64,000 bases of DNA from Promethearchaeota archaeon (GTDB lineage Archaea; Asgardarchaeota; Lokiarchaeia; Sigyniarchaeales; SOKP01), in NCBI GenBank assembly GCA_004524725.1, contig SDNW01000001.1:2213-66212 (forward strand), in the 5' to 3' direction. Position numbers and translations under genes: made by a program. The notes under the pieces are model-generated. The model saw nothing but the letters and a program-made list of their open reading frames with translations, searched no databases and was not told the DNA's origin. Position 1 is the stretch's first letter. Every line of letters begins with the position of its first letter. Positions 36,078 through 45,616 of this stretch are shown piece by piece.

Positions 36078-37247
36078 ATGGCGCAAAAGCATCTTTATTG
36101 TCGATTTGGGTTAATTGGAGAGAATTTAGAATTAAAACAAAATGTGAATCTATATTTCGACGAGGAAGGAATAATTACTGATTTTAAATTTGAAGAGATT
36201 GACACAGATATTACTCTTGATAGAATGCAAGAAAACTATCTTGTAATTCCTGGATTAATTAATTCTCATACTCATATAGGAGATAGTTTTGCTAAAGAAA
36301 AAGGTCACAATAAAGAATTAATTGAAGTGGTAAGTCCTCCTAATGGTATTAAACATCAACTATTACGTGAAACTGCTGAATCCGAAAAAATCAAGGGAAT
36401 AAAGTCCGCTATCCAGGAAATGATTTCGAATGGAATTACATATTTTATGGATTTCAGAGAAAATGGTGTCAAGGGGATTGAATCATTACAAAAAGCATTG
36501 AGAAATGAAAGCATTAGATGTTTAATCTTCGGACGATTTAATCAATTAGATGAAGTAAAAAAAGTTTTTAATAAATCAGATGGGATTGGACTATCTAGTT
36601 ATCATCAGCTTTCTGAAGAGTTAAAGACTGAACTTAGAACTATGAAATCATTTTCAAGTAAAAAATTAGCTTGTCATGTTGCTGAACTTAATCATGAGGA
36701 TTTTCTTTTTAAACAGATAATGGATGATGCTTTAGTAGATATAATGATCCATGGAACTCAATTAGAATCTAACGAGTTACGAAAAATTAAACAAAACAAT
36801 ATTAAACTAGTATTATGTCCGAGGAGTAATGGATATTTTGGACTTGGATATCCTCCTGTAAAAGACTTATTGGAACTAAGCATTCCCATTTCGCTAGGGA
36901 CTGATAATGTTATGGTTAATAATTTAAATTTATTTGAAGAAATGCGATATTTATATTATATTGCGAAAAACCAAATTAGAGATGATAAATCAATCAAAAT
37001 AATTGCTAAAAATATTTTTAAAATGGTAACTATTAACGCTGCAAAAAATTTTTATATTGAATCAAAGGTAGGCTCAATATCTTTGGGTAAGCTGGCTGAT
37101 TTAGTTATTATTAATTTAAATGATCCAAATTATTATTTTAATAATTTAGATAGAGATGGGTTTTTTTCATTACTTCTTCATAGGACTAATGGAAGGAATA
37201 TCAAAAGAGTATATATTGGAGGAAAATGTATATATGAAGGTAAATGA
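36078..37247 (+). CDS. metal-dependent amidohydrolase (chlorohydrolase/deaminase-like, TIM-barrel)
   Basis: It has PGLINSHTHIGDS (HxH metal site), an internal H (ACHVAE) and the late motif GTDN. The substrate is unknown. Confidence 0.7.
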   Translation: MAQKHLYCRFGLIGENLELKQNVNLYFDEEGIITDFKFEEIDTDITLDRMQENYLVIPGLINSHTHIGDSFAKEKGHNKELIEVVSPPNGIKHQLLRETAESEKIKGIKSAIQEMISNGITYFMDFRENGVKGIESLQKALRNESIRCLIFGRFNQLDEVKKVFNKSDGIGLSSYHQLSEELKTELRTMKSFSSKKLACHVAELNHEDFLFKQIMDDALVDIMIHGTQLESNELRKIKQNNIKLVLCPRSNGYFGLGYPPVKDLLELSIPISLGTDNVMVNNLNLFEEMRYLYYIAKNQIRDDKSIKIIAKNIFKMVTINAAKNFYIESKVGSISLGKLADLVIINLNDPNYYFNNLDRDGFFSLLLHRTNGRNIKRVYIGGKCIYEGK

Positions 37248-37902
37248 TAAGCCTTATATTATTTTAAGTGCCGCTATGACCATAGATGGAAAAATCGCCT
37301 CTAAACAAGGCGATACAGAGATATCTGATGATGAAGATTGGAAAGAAGTACATAAACTCAGAACCAAAGTTGATGCAATAATGGTTGGGAAAAATACCAT
37401 ATTAATCGATAATCCAAAACTTCATATCAAATTTTATTCGCATTCTGGTTATTATCGCATTATTGTAGATAGTAATTTAACGATACCAATAAACTCAAAT
37501 GTCATTACATATCAACCTGAAATATATCCAACAATCATTTGTACTACTGAGAAAGTTCCTATTGACAAAATAAATGAATATAAATCAAAAAATGTTAATG
37601 TTATTACTTCTGGCGATACTAAGCGTGTAAATATTAATTTTTTATTACCCAAGTTATATCAAATGGGTATTAGGTCAATCCTGTTAGAAGGGGGAGGAAA
37701 TCTAAATTGGAGTTTTATAAAAGAGAATTTAGTAGATGAAATAAGACTGACAATTGCTCCTTGGATTATTGGAGGAGAAGATGCGATTACCTTGGTTGAA
37801 GGAGAGGGTTTCTTACGCATGAAGGATGCACCCGGGTATCATTTATCTAAAGTTAAAACAAGAAAGAATTATCTTAAATTAAAATATTTAAAAGTAAAAT
37901 GA
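37234..37902 (+). CDS. 2,5-diamino-6-ribosylamino-4(3H)-pyrimidinone 5'-phosphate reductase (RibD C-terminal-domain family)
   Basis: YIILSAAMTIDGKIAS, VDAIMVGKNT and ILLEGGGNLNWSF are present. ATG 37234 is preferred to the track's 37156, because the 26 extra residues overlap the previous gene. Confidence 0.75.
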   Translation: MKVNDKPYIILSAAMTIDGKIASKQGDTEISDDEDWKEVHKLRTKVDAIMVGKNTILIDNPKLHIKFYSHSGYYRIIVDSNLTIPINSNVITYQPEIYPTIICTTEKVPIDKINEYKSKNVNVITSGDTKRVNINFLLPKLYQMGIRSILLEGGGNLNWSFIKENLVDEIRLTIAPWIIGGEDAITLVEGEGFLRMKDAPGYHLSKVKTRKNYLKLKYLKVK

Positions 37903-38987
37903 AAAAATCTTCCCAGAGCTTAGAAAAACTTAAATCTTTATCCTTACGTAAAATACGTCAAGAAGTAAATAATATAAATAAGGACAATAAAACTATAACT
38001 TATTCGAAGAATTTTACGATTTCACTTTCTAATTACTGTAGAAACAACTGTGGCTATTGTTTTTATAACCACCGAGTTCCAAAAGACAATGATAATGGCA
38101 TCATTGTATTAATTTCTAATTCGGATTTGGATTCATTAATTATAAAAGCAAAAAATTCCGACTGTAAAGAGGCATTACTTATGTCGGGGGAAAAACCCGA
38201 TAGTTTTGAAATTGTGAGAAATGAATTAAAAAAACGAGGTTTTAATTCATATATTGAGTTCTTGATCGAAATAAGTAACAATCTCTTAGATAATAGATTA
38301 TTACCACATACGAATATTGGTTTAATAGATTTCAAGGATCTAAAAGAGTTGAAAACTGTGAATGCCTCTATGGGATTGATGTTAGAAAGTACTTGTGAGA
38401 AATTATCAATGCAAGGAGGTGTTCATGAATTTTCTCCTGGAAAATTACCTAAAAAACGAATTCAATTTATTCAAAATGCAGGAAAACTTAAAATTCCCTT
38501 TACTACTGGTCTTTTATTAGGGATTGGCGAGGACGAAACCGATCGCATTAATGATTTATTATTAATATACAAAATCCATAAACAATATGGTCATATACAA
38601 GAAATTATATTACAAAATTATACAGAAAAACAAAATATAAAATATCACCCCATTAATCCTTTATCCATAGATGATATACTCAAAACAATCGGGATTGCTA
38701 AATTAATTATGGGAAATGAAATTGCAATACAAGTCCCTCCAAATTTATTAAAAGGCTATGAAAAAGAAGCAATATCAATGGGAATTAGCGATTTTGGAGG
38801 TATTTCTCCAGTTACAATCGATTATATCAATCCCCATCATCCATGGCCACAAGTCGAGTATTTAACAAAAATTTGTAAAAAAGAAGGATATGAATTAAAA
38901 GAACGACTACCAATATATGAGAAATTTATCAAAAAAGATGGGTTTTGCTCAGAAAAAATAAGATCTATAATTAAAAAGATAATATAG
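37899..38987 (+). CDS. cofG: FO synthase subunit 1 (radical SAM, CofG)
   Basis: ITYSKNFTISLSNYCRNNCGYCFY matches the CofG N-terminal radical-SAM motif. The ATGA start/stop overlaps the previous gene. It is adjacent to the CofH-like partner. Confidence 0.75.
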   Translation: MKKSSQSLEKLKSLSLRKIRQEVNNINKDNKTITYSKNFTISLSNYCRNNCGYCFYNHRVPKDNDNGIIVLISNSDLDSLIIKAKNSDCKEALLMSGEKPDSFEIVRNELKKRGFNSYIEFLIEISNNLLDNRLLPHTNIGLIDFKDLKELKTVNASMGLMLESTCEKLSMQGGVHEFSPGKLPKKRIQFIQNAGKLKIPFTTGLLLGIGEDETDRINDLLLIYKIHKQYGHIQEIILQNYTEKQNIKYHPINPLSIDDILKTIGIAKLIMGNEIAIQVPPNLLKGYEKEAISMGISDFGGISPVTIDYINPHHPWPQVEYLTKICKKEGYELKERLPIYEKFIKKDGFCSEKIRSIIKKII

Positions 38988-38993
38988 AGAAAA

Positions 38994-40118
38994 ATGATTT
39001 CTGAATACAAGCATATTGATCCAAAAGTTAAAGAAGTTCTCAAAAAGGCAGAGAACTCTGAGGAAATAACTAAAGAGGAGGCTTTAAAATTATTAAAAGT
39101 AACTGGTAAGGAATTTTTTGCACTCCAAAATTCTGCAAATAATCTCTGTCTTCAGAAGAAGAATGATGTTGTGACCTTTATAGTAAATCGTAACATTAAT
39201 TTTACAAATATCTGTTATCAAGGTTGTCGTTTTTGTTCTTTTAGTGTTACAAGTAAAGATGAGGATGCTTTTCTATTAAATCTTGAAGCAATCCGTGAAA
39301 AAACCCTCAAGGCCTATGAAGCTGGATGTACTGAATTATGTATTCAAGGGGGTATAAATCCAGAATTAAATTTTGAATATTACTTAAATATCTTAAAAAT
39401 CGTTAAAGAAGTGAGTAGCAATCTTCATGTTCATGCATTCTCGCCCCAAGAGATTTTCTATATGTCGAAATTACATGGAAATGATATTGAAGAAACCTTA
39501 AAGGAACTAAAGAAAGCGGGTTTAGATTCAATTCCAGGAACAGCAGCAGAAATTCTTGTTGATAAAGTACGAAAAATTATTTGCCCAAGGAAAATAAACA
39601 CATCACAATGGATTAATATTATAAAAATTGCCCATAATTTGAAAATCCCTACCACCTCAACGATGATGTATGGTCATATTGAGGACCTTACAGATCGTAT
39701 AGAACATTTAGATATTTTAAGGAACATTCAAAAGCAAACTGGGGGTTTTACTGAATTTGTCCCCCTACCTTTTGTAAACGAAAATCCCATTCTCTCAAGG
39801 TTACCAGACATCCCATTGAAGCCGCATTATGGTATGGGAGATCTTAAATTATTTTGTGTAGCACGTTTGTTTTTTAATAACTATATCGATAATATTCAAT
39901 GCTCTTGGGTAAAGCTGGGTCCGAAAATGGCTCAGATTTCATTGAATTATGGAGTAAATGATTTTTCAGGGACATTAATGGAAGAAAATATATCAAAATC
40001 AGCGGGAGCAGAATATGGAGAATATTTATCTCCACAAGAAATAATATCCATAATAAAAACTGCAGGAAAAAAACCTGCTCAAAGAGATACTGTATATAAA
40101 ATTTTAAAATACTATTAA
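38994..40118 (+). CDS. cofH: FO synthase subunit 2 (radical SAM, CofH)
   Basis: NINFTNICYQGCRFCSF is a CxxxCxxC motif. The length and collinearity fit the CofH/MqnC/MqnE clade, and the pairing with CofG supports CofH. Confidence 0.7.
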   Translation: MISEYKHIDPKVKEVLKKAENSEEITKEEALKLLKVTGKEFFALQNSANNLCLQKKNDVVTFIVNRNINFTNICYQGCRFCSFSVTSKDEDAFLLNLEAIREKTLKAYEAGCTELCIQGGINPELNFEYYLNILKIVKEVSSNLHVHAFSPQEIFYMSKLHGNDIEETLKELKKAGLDSIPGTAAEILVDKVRKIICPRKINTSQWINIIKIAHNLKIPTTSTMMYGHIEDLTDRIEHLDILRNIQKQTGGFTEFVPLPFVNENPILSRLPDIPLKPHYGMGDLKLFCVARLFFNNYIDNIQCSWVKLGPKMAQISLNYGVNDFSGTLMEENISKSAGAEYGEYLSPQEIISIIKTAGKKPAQRDTVYKILKYY

Positions 40119-40132
40119 TTATAAAATTCTAA

Positions 40133-42007
40133 TCATTTCCTTGCTTGTTCTTGAAGTAGATTAAGAATGAAATGTTGAGTGATAATATCGGAACTGATTT
40201 TACCAAGAACAATTCCCTCTTTTACTACCGGCATTGCAGAAATTTTGTATTGCTCAAGTTCTCTTACTATTTCTAACAAACTCAAATCAGGAGATGCTGT
40301 AATTACGTCCCTTGTCATAATATTTTCAAGGTTAGAAGCACTTATTCCCTCAGCAGTAGCTTTTGTTATATCCCAATCAGTTAATACCCCAATCAGTTTC
40401 TCGTTTGAAAGAACAGCAACGATTCCACTATTCTCTTTTATCATTAATTCAGCAGCTTGTTGCATATTATTTTGAACATCAATAACCGGAATAGAAACCA
40501 TGATATCTTTTGCGGTTCTTAAACTTTCCTTTCGAGAGAGGCGTTGGAGGCTTATTTGCTCAGCTGCTGCAGAAGGCAATATATCTTGATTAGCCGTCAG
40601 AATTTCAACTAATTCATTCATGTTATTCTGGATTACATTTTCTCTATATTCTCTTCCAGCTATTAATCGTTCCTTTGATAGTTTAGCAAATTGCTCGGCG
40701 TGATCCTTTAACCATTTCTCAACTTTGTCTGATTGTCCTAATATCTTTTTTGGTATTTGAAGATCATTTGGTGTTTTTATTATATGTTCTTGAGCTGCAA
40801 AAATTACACCTCCAGAATTAACTAGATAATCATTCGCAATCATTATCCCCTTTTCTCTATATACTACTTGTTCCATTACCGTTCTTGCTGCTTTCCTATT
40901 GGGATCAGGAGAATAGGTGTTTGCTCCTTCTACTATTAATGACCAATTACCTATGCGATTAACCGTCATTGAGGGGTTATCGATTTCACTTACTCCTAAA
41001 TAATTAAATATTGGTGCTGCTGGAACCATACAAAAAGCATTTTCAACAAGAAGATTATTAGGATTACTCGAATATTTAATAGGATGTTTATGACCTATTG
41101 GCATAATTTTGTTCTTAAAGTAATTAAGTGATACTATTTTTTCTTCCAACCATATATTAAATAGCTCTGCGATTGGTAAACCGCGTTTATCATAAAGATA
41201 GCCATCAATATCACTTATTCCAATAACTTTTGCTTTAGGAAGACGTTCTGTAAGTATTCTTGCAGCATGAGCCCCCACTGCCCCAAATCCTTGAATAATT
41301 AAACTAACTTCTTCTGGTTCTGGATTTTCCAATGTAGAAAATTGGGGTAGAATAGTTAGACGTGGCATTATTTTTAATAAAGTTTGTAAAGCGATCACGA
41401 CCCCTCCGGCTGCGGCACCAAGCTCATCAATCCTATTTCCTCCCATATCTGCAGTTTTAGATACTGCGCTATCAATTCCGTTTTCGATAGCAATGGTCTT
41501 CATATCCGCGTCGTTAGTTCCGACATCCGGACCAGGTACATATAGATTTTTATATCGATTGATTAATCGTGCAAAATGACGCACAATATCTGTATGTTGA
41601 TCTGAAGGAATATCTCGTTCTGCTATAATTCCAGATTTACCCCCTCCATAGGGAAGATTTGCTGCTGCATTTTTCAAAGTCATACCTCTTGCTAGGTTAT
41701 ATATATCTGAAGGTAATAAATCTGGAAGCATTCTAATTCCTCCCATACTTGGTTTACCCATCGATAAATTATCAACGACTAAATATCCACCTACTTCTAA
41801 TTTGGAGTTTTTATCCCATATACACGCTACGAGTTGGGGTCCTAATTTATCGCTTATAATCCCAATGCTGGAAAGTAGGTTTTCATCAGCCTTTGTGAAT
41901 TCTAAATAACATAAACCATTTTCTTCGAGAAGCCGGTTTTTAAGGATATTTTTAGGGAGATGTTCTTTCAGAAAGCGTTCCATATTTTTAGGAATCATTT
42001 TTACCAT
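40133..42007 (-). CDS. Glu/Leu/Phe/Val-family amino-acid dehydrogenase fused to a C-terminal CBS-domain pair
   Basis: It has the substrate domain MGGIRMLP...LARGMTLKNAAANLPYGGGKSGI and the Rossmann motif IQGFGAVGAHAA. The last ~125 aa carry two CBS repeats (VSIPVIDVQNN...GVLTDWDI and MTRDVITASPD...GKISSDII). Confidence 0.75.
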   Translation of the reverse strand: MVKMIPKNMERFLKEHLPKNILKNRLLEENGLCYLEFTKADENLLSSIGIISDKLGPQLVACIWDKNSKLEVGGYLVVDNLSMGKPSMGGIRMLPDLLPSDIYNLARGMTLKNAAANLPYGGGKSGIIAERDIPSDQHTDIVRHFARLINRYKNLYVPGPDVGTNDADMKTIAIENGIDSAVSKTADMGGNRIDELGAAAGGVVIALQTLLKIMPRLTILPQFSTLENPEPEEVSLIIQGFGAVGAHAARILTERLPKAKVIGISDIDGYLYDKRGLPIAELFNIWLEEKIVSLNYFKNKIMPIGHKHPIKYSSNPNNLLVENAFCMVPAAPIFNYLGVSEIDNPSMTVNRIGNWSLIVEGANTYSPDPNRKAARTVMEQVVYREKGIMIANDYLVNSGGVIFAAQEHIIKTPNDLQIPKKILGQSDKVEKWLKDHAEQFAKLSKERLIAGREYRENVIQNNMNELVEILTANQDILPSAAAEQISLQRLSRKESLRTAKDIMVSIPVIDVQNNMQQAAELMIKENSGIVAVLSNEKLIGVLTDWDITKATAEGISASNLENIMTRDVITASPDLSLLEIVRELEQYKISAMPVVKEGIVLGKISSDIITQHFILNLLQEQARK

Positions 42008-42125
42008 CCAAAAGCATTACTTAATTTAAAATATCTATTAACTATTATGAGTAGCTTGAATATAAAATTGATTAGTAACTATATAAGAAATCTATTAAAA
42101 ATTAAATTGATTTGAATAATTAATT

Positions 42126-44030
42126 ATGGGGAAAAATGAAAAAAAACTTCTTGTAATTGGTATCGATCAAGCCATTCCATATCTACTTCAGAAATTTTTG
42201 AAAGAAGGGAGGCTTCCCAATATTCAAAATTTAGTCGATAATGGGGTTATTGGGGAAGGATATTCTTGTCCTCCATGTGATACACCTACTAATTGGACAA
42301 CAATCGCGACTGGAGCTACAACAGCAATTCACGGAGTAACCAGCTTTTATATGCATATTCCTGGAGAACCTCTCGATTTAGGAATGAAGTATAGATCGAG
42401 AACCCAACTCTATAATAGTTGTAAAGCACAATATCTTTGGGATATTGCTGATAGAAATGGATATAAACCGTTTGTAATTAATTATCCTTCGGGTTGGCCA
42501 AGTGAATTTAAGAATGGTGTGATGAGTTTATTTACTTGGAATATCCCTAACTCCCTACCTAAAATGCTAATTTCTTCTGAAATTATTACCATCAATTCTA
42601 ATTCAGATATTCCACTGAATAACGAAGCGATAAAGAAAGCAATTAGTAATAATATTGAGAGGTTGACTCAAAATTTAGGCATGTCAATTGAAAATACAAA
42701 TCATCTTAATCAACAAATTGTTAATTTTAATTTGAATATTAGCAATTCAAATAAGCAAATCTATGATTCATTGCAAATCAGTGTTAATAATTCTAAGAAA
42801 ATAAAAACTGTAAAAGAAAGTGAATGGAGTCAATGGATATCCGTTCAGATAGCCTCAGAACAAGGTATTCTCCCATCTCTCTTCAGAATAAAACCATTAC
42901 AAATTGAATCAAACGGAAGATCTATAAAATTAGAACGTTCTGGAGTTTATAATACAAAAGGATGGTCGGTTCCCGATTCATTTGGGGAAAAACTCGTGAA
43001 AAATGTGTTTGAATACGATCTGCCTAAAAAAAGAGAAGTAGAATTTATGATATATGGAAAGATGAAAAACTATCTGAAATCAGCTAGAAGAGAGAGTTTT
43101 ACCTTGGTTCAAGCACTTCATTTTGGTAAAAGGGATTTTAATTGGGATTTTTGCTTCTTTCACTATCATCCTTTAGATACTATCAACCACGACCTTTTAG
43201 CCTATTTACATAAAGATTCACCAGTTTATACCGAAAAGAAAGCAGAAAAAGCATTGCAGAATGTTGAAACCGCCTATCGCATCGTCGATGAAATGGTAGG
43301 AGAATTAATGAAAAGGTGTATCGATAAACATACAATTACTTTATTCATATCCGATCATGGTGCGATACCTATATGGAAAGTAGCTAATATAACTAGAATT
43401 CTAGTTGAAGCAGGATTAGTAACTTATAAGTATAATCAGGCTCAAAAGAAAAAAATTATCGATTGGAAGAAAACATTGGCATTCCCTTATATGGAACCCC
43501 CTTTTGTCTGGGTTAACCTAAAGGGAAGAGATCCCCAAGGGATAGTGGGACGAAAAGAATACGAAATAGTGAGGGAGCGGATAATTGAAGCCCTTTCTGA
43601 GGCAAAAGAGCCAGAAACAAATGAAAAAGTAATAGATATGGCGTTAAGAAGGGAGGATGCAAAAGATATGGGATTAAACGGAGATAGAATAGGAGATGTA
43701 GTGTATTTCTTAAAACCACCTTATGGAGTATTTGATGGGGATTTAGATGCTTTAGACGCGTCAAGCTTATTATTAAATGCATATAATAAACCTTTGACTT
43801 ATAATACAAAAAGATTTTTTGGAGCACACGCATATTATACACCAGATACTGTTTTTGGAGACTTTTCAGTAAGTGTGCCTGTAATAATAAATGGTAGAGG
43901 TATAAAGAAAGGAGATACCTTGAACCAAGTCATCAATTTAACTGATATTGTTCCCACCTTATCACATTTACTTAGTATTCCTAAGCCCACACACGCACAA
44001 GGAAATATCGTATACGATTTTTTAGAATGA
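42126..44030 (+). CDS. alkaline-phosphatase-superfamily protein (type I phosphodiesterase/nucleotide pyrophosphatase-like)
   Basis: It has LVIGIDQA (metal Asp), PPCDTPTNWTTIATGATTAIHG (nucleophile Thr/TG...HG) and FISDHGA (DHG). Confidence 0.65.
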   Translation: MGKNEKKLLVIGIDQAIPYLLQKFLKEGRLPNIQNLVDNGVIGEGYSCPPCDTPTNWTTIATGATTAIHGVTSFYMHIPGEPLDLGMKYRSRTQLYNSCKAQYLWDIADRNGYKPFVINYPSGWPSEFKNGVMSLFTWNIPNSLPKMLISSEIITINSNSDIPLNNEAIKKAISNNIERLTQNLGMSIENTNHLNQQIVNFNLNISNSNKQIYDSLQISVNNSKKIKTVKESEWSQWISVQIASEQGILPSLFRIKPLQIESNGRSIKLERSGVYNTKGWSVPDSFGEKLVKNVFEYDLPKKREVEFMIYGKMKNYLKSARRESFTLVQALHFGKRDFNWDFCFFHYHPLDTINHDLLAYLHKDSPVYTEKKAEKALQNVETAYRIVDEMVGELMKRCIDKHTITLFISDHGAIPIWKVANITRILVEAGLVTYKYNQAQKKKIIDWKKTLAFPYMEPPFVWVNLKGRDPQGIVGRKEYEIVRERIIEALSEAKEPETNEKVIDMALRREDAKDMGLNGDRIGDVVYFLKPPYGVFDGDLDALDASSLLLNAYNKPLTYNTKRFFGAHAYYTPDTVFGDFSVSVPVIINGRGIKKGDTLNQVINLTDIVPTLSHLLSIPKPTHAQGNIVYDFLE

Positions 44031-44032
44031 GA

Positions 44033-45616
44033 TTATTCATCTTGGATGTAAGGTTTATTCAACTCTAAGCAAATCTGAGCTCTTTCGAGTTCTCTTCCTA
44101 AATAATTAAGATGTTCATTATTTTTCGTAAGTCCTAACTGGATAAACTTTTTGCATAACGCTTCAGCATTGGTACCAATAAGGGTTTTCAAAAGCACATT
44201 TTCGTTCGAATAAAATAGTAAATAGATTTTTTTAGCATATGGTTCAACATAGATTCGAAAATAGCCATTTACATCTGGATTGTAATTTGTATTTTTCGAT
44301 TTCACGTTTAAAGCATTTGTTAGATCGATTTTTGGTATCTTTTGGCGAGTCTTTCCTTTTGATTTAAAAATAGTAATACCTTGATTGATAGGAGGAGATT
44401 TTCGATAATGTGCTAAATAATTCAATTTTACACTTTCTTTTAATTCTGAGATCCCTCCCATTAATTTTACACTGTGTTCGACTGTAAAAAGTACACCAAT
44501 ACCTAATTCAATCGCGAAACTTGCTAAAAGACCATTTATTCCTACTGAATCGATGTCCATCAGTTCAACCACATTTGAAATTCCAAAGAATAATGGCAGT
44601 TTTAATGACTTATTGCTCTTTTCACCAACCATTTTATTATATAACATATAAGAATCTAAGGAATTGCAGATCCCTGGAGAGATTGGGGTCTCTAATAATG
44701 GATCCGCGATCAACTTTTGAAACCCATTATCTTGTAAAATTTGAGTTAATTTGAATAAATTTTCGACTCGTTCCTTAGGATTTTTAGGGAAATATGCTTT
44801 TTTCATGTCAGTTGGTAAAATAACTATTGGAATTGTTTTTGGAATGTCTAAAAAGTCTTTATAGTTGCCTAAATCAAAACTAAGAATCATATCAATATCA
44901 GCATTAATTGCAGCCATAATTTCCGATTTATCCATGGAATCAATACTTAATAATACATCAAAATTACGGCGAATAGTCTTAATAATAGTAGGGATTCTTT
45001 CAGGATAAGCATTATTTGAAACACATCCAATATCAATAATATCCGCACCAGATTCAACATAATGTTTTACCTTCTTGAGAATTTTATTCTCTGATCTTTC
45101 AGTACAATTAACTATTTCTGCAATAATAGGAGGAGGGAGGTAAGGAGAAATCATAACGTTTGTTTTCCTTTTATTTATATAAAAAGAATTGCTACTGATT
45201 TCTCGTTGTGCAAGTCTCTTTTGCTCTTCTAAAATATTAGTATATTCTTTTTCTCCTGAAATTTCAATCAATTTATTTGCAGGTAATTTCCCAGAAAGCG
45301 TTATATTTTCGAGATTTTTGAGAACAAAGGGCAAATCTGAGGCAAATTCTGGTCCCTTTTTTATCTCAACCTTAAATTTTTCTTCTATTTTATTTGTATC
45401 CCATTGTACAAATCCAGGTAATAATATTAAATCATAATTAGAAACAGAAATTTTCTTTAAGATATCAATCACAATATCTTTTGTTAGGAAAGCTGAAATT
45501 GTTATTGGCGCCTTAAATACATCGATCTTATAATTTTTAATTGGTTTAATTATTTTTGAAATAATAGAAAAACTACTTGTACCGGTAATAATTAAAATAT
45601 TCTTATCCAAAATCAC
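44033..45616 (-). CDS. dihydropteroate-synthase-like pterin-binding protein (long archaeal form)
   Basis: The central TIM-barrel signature is YVESGADIIDIGCVS. The ~150-aa N-terminal and C-terminal extra domains are unassigned. Confidence 0.6.
   Translation of the reverse strand: MILDKNILIITGTSSFSIISKIIKPIKNYKIDVFKAPITISAFLTKDIVIDILKKISVSNYDLILLPGFVQWDTNKIEEKFKVEIKKGPEFASDLPFVLKNLENITLSGKLPANKLIEISGEKEYTNILEEQKRLAQREISSNSFYINKRKTNVMISPYLPPPIIAEIVNCTERSENKILKKVKHYVESGADIIDIGCVSNNAYPERIPTIIKTIRRNFDVLLSIDSMDKSEIMAAINADIDMILSFDLGNYKDFLDIPKTIPIVILPTDMKKAYFPKNPKERVENLFKLTQILQDNGFQKLIADPLLETPISPGICNSLDSYMLYNKMVGEKSNKSLKLPLFFGISNVVELMDIDSVGINGLLASFAIELGIGVLFTVEHSVKLMGGISELKESVKLNYLAHYRKSPPINQGITIFKSKGKTRQKIPKIDLTNALNVKSKNTNYNPDVNGYFRIYVEPYAKKIYLLFYSNENVLLKTLIGTNAEALCKKFIQLGLTKNNEHLNYLGRELERAQICLELNKPYIQDE

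Noticed and set aside
37899-40118. Futalosine-pathway menaquinone radical-SAM enzymes (MqnE/MqnC) instead of CofG/CofH
   Set aside because: The first protein's N-terminal TYS-x-N-x8-CRNNCGYC pattern matches CofG. The pair directly follows, and overlaps, the pyrimidine reductase that makes the FO precursor. This still needs phylogenetic confirmation.
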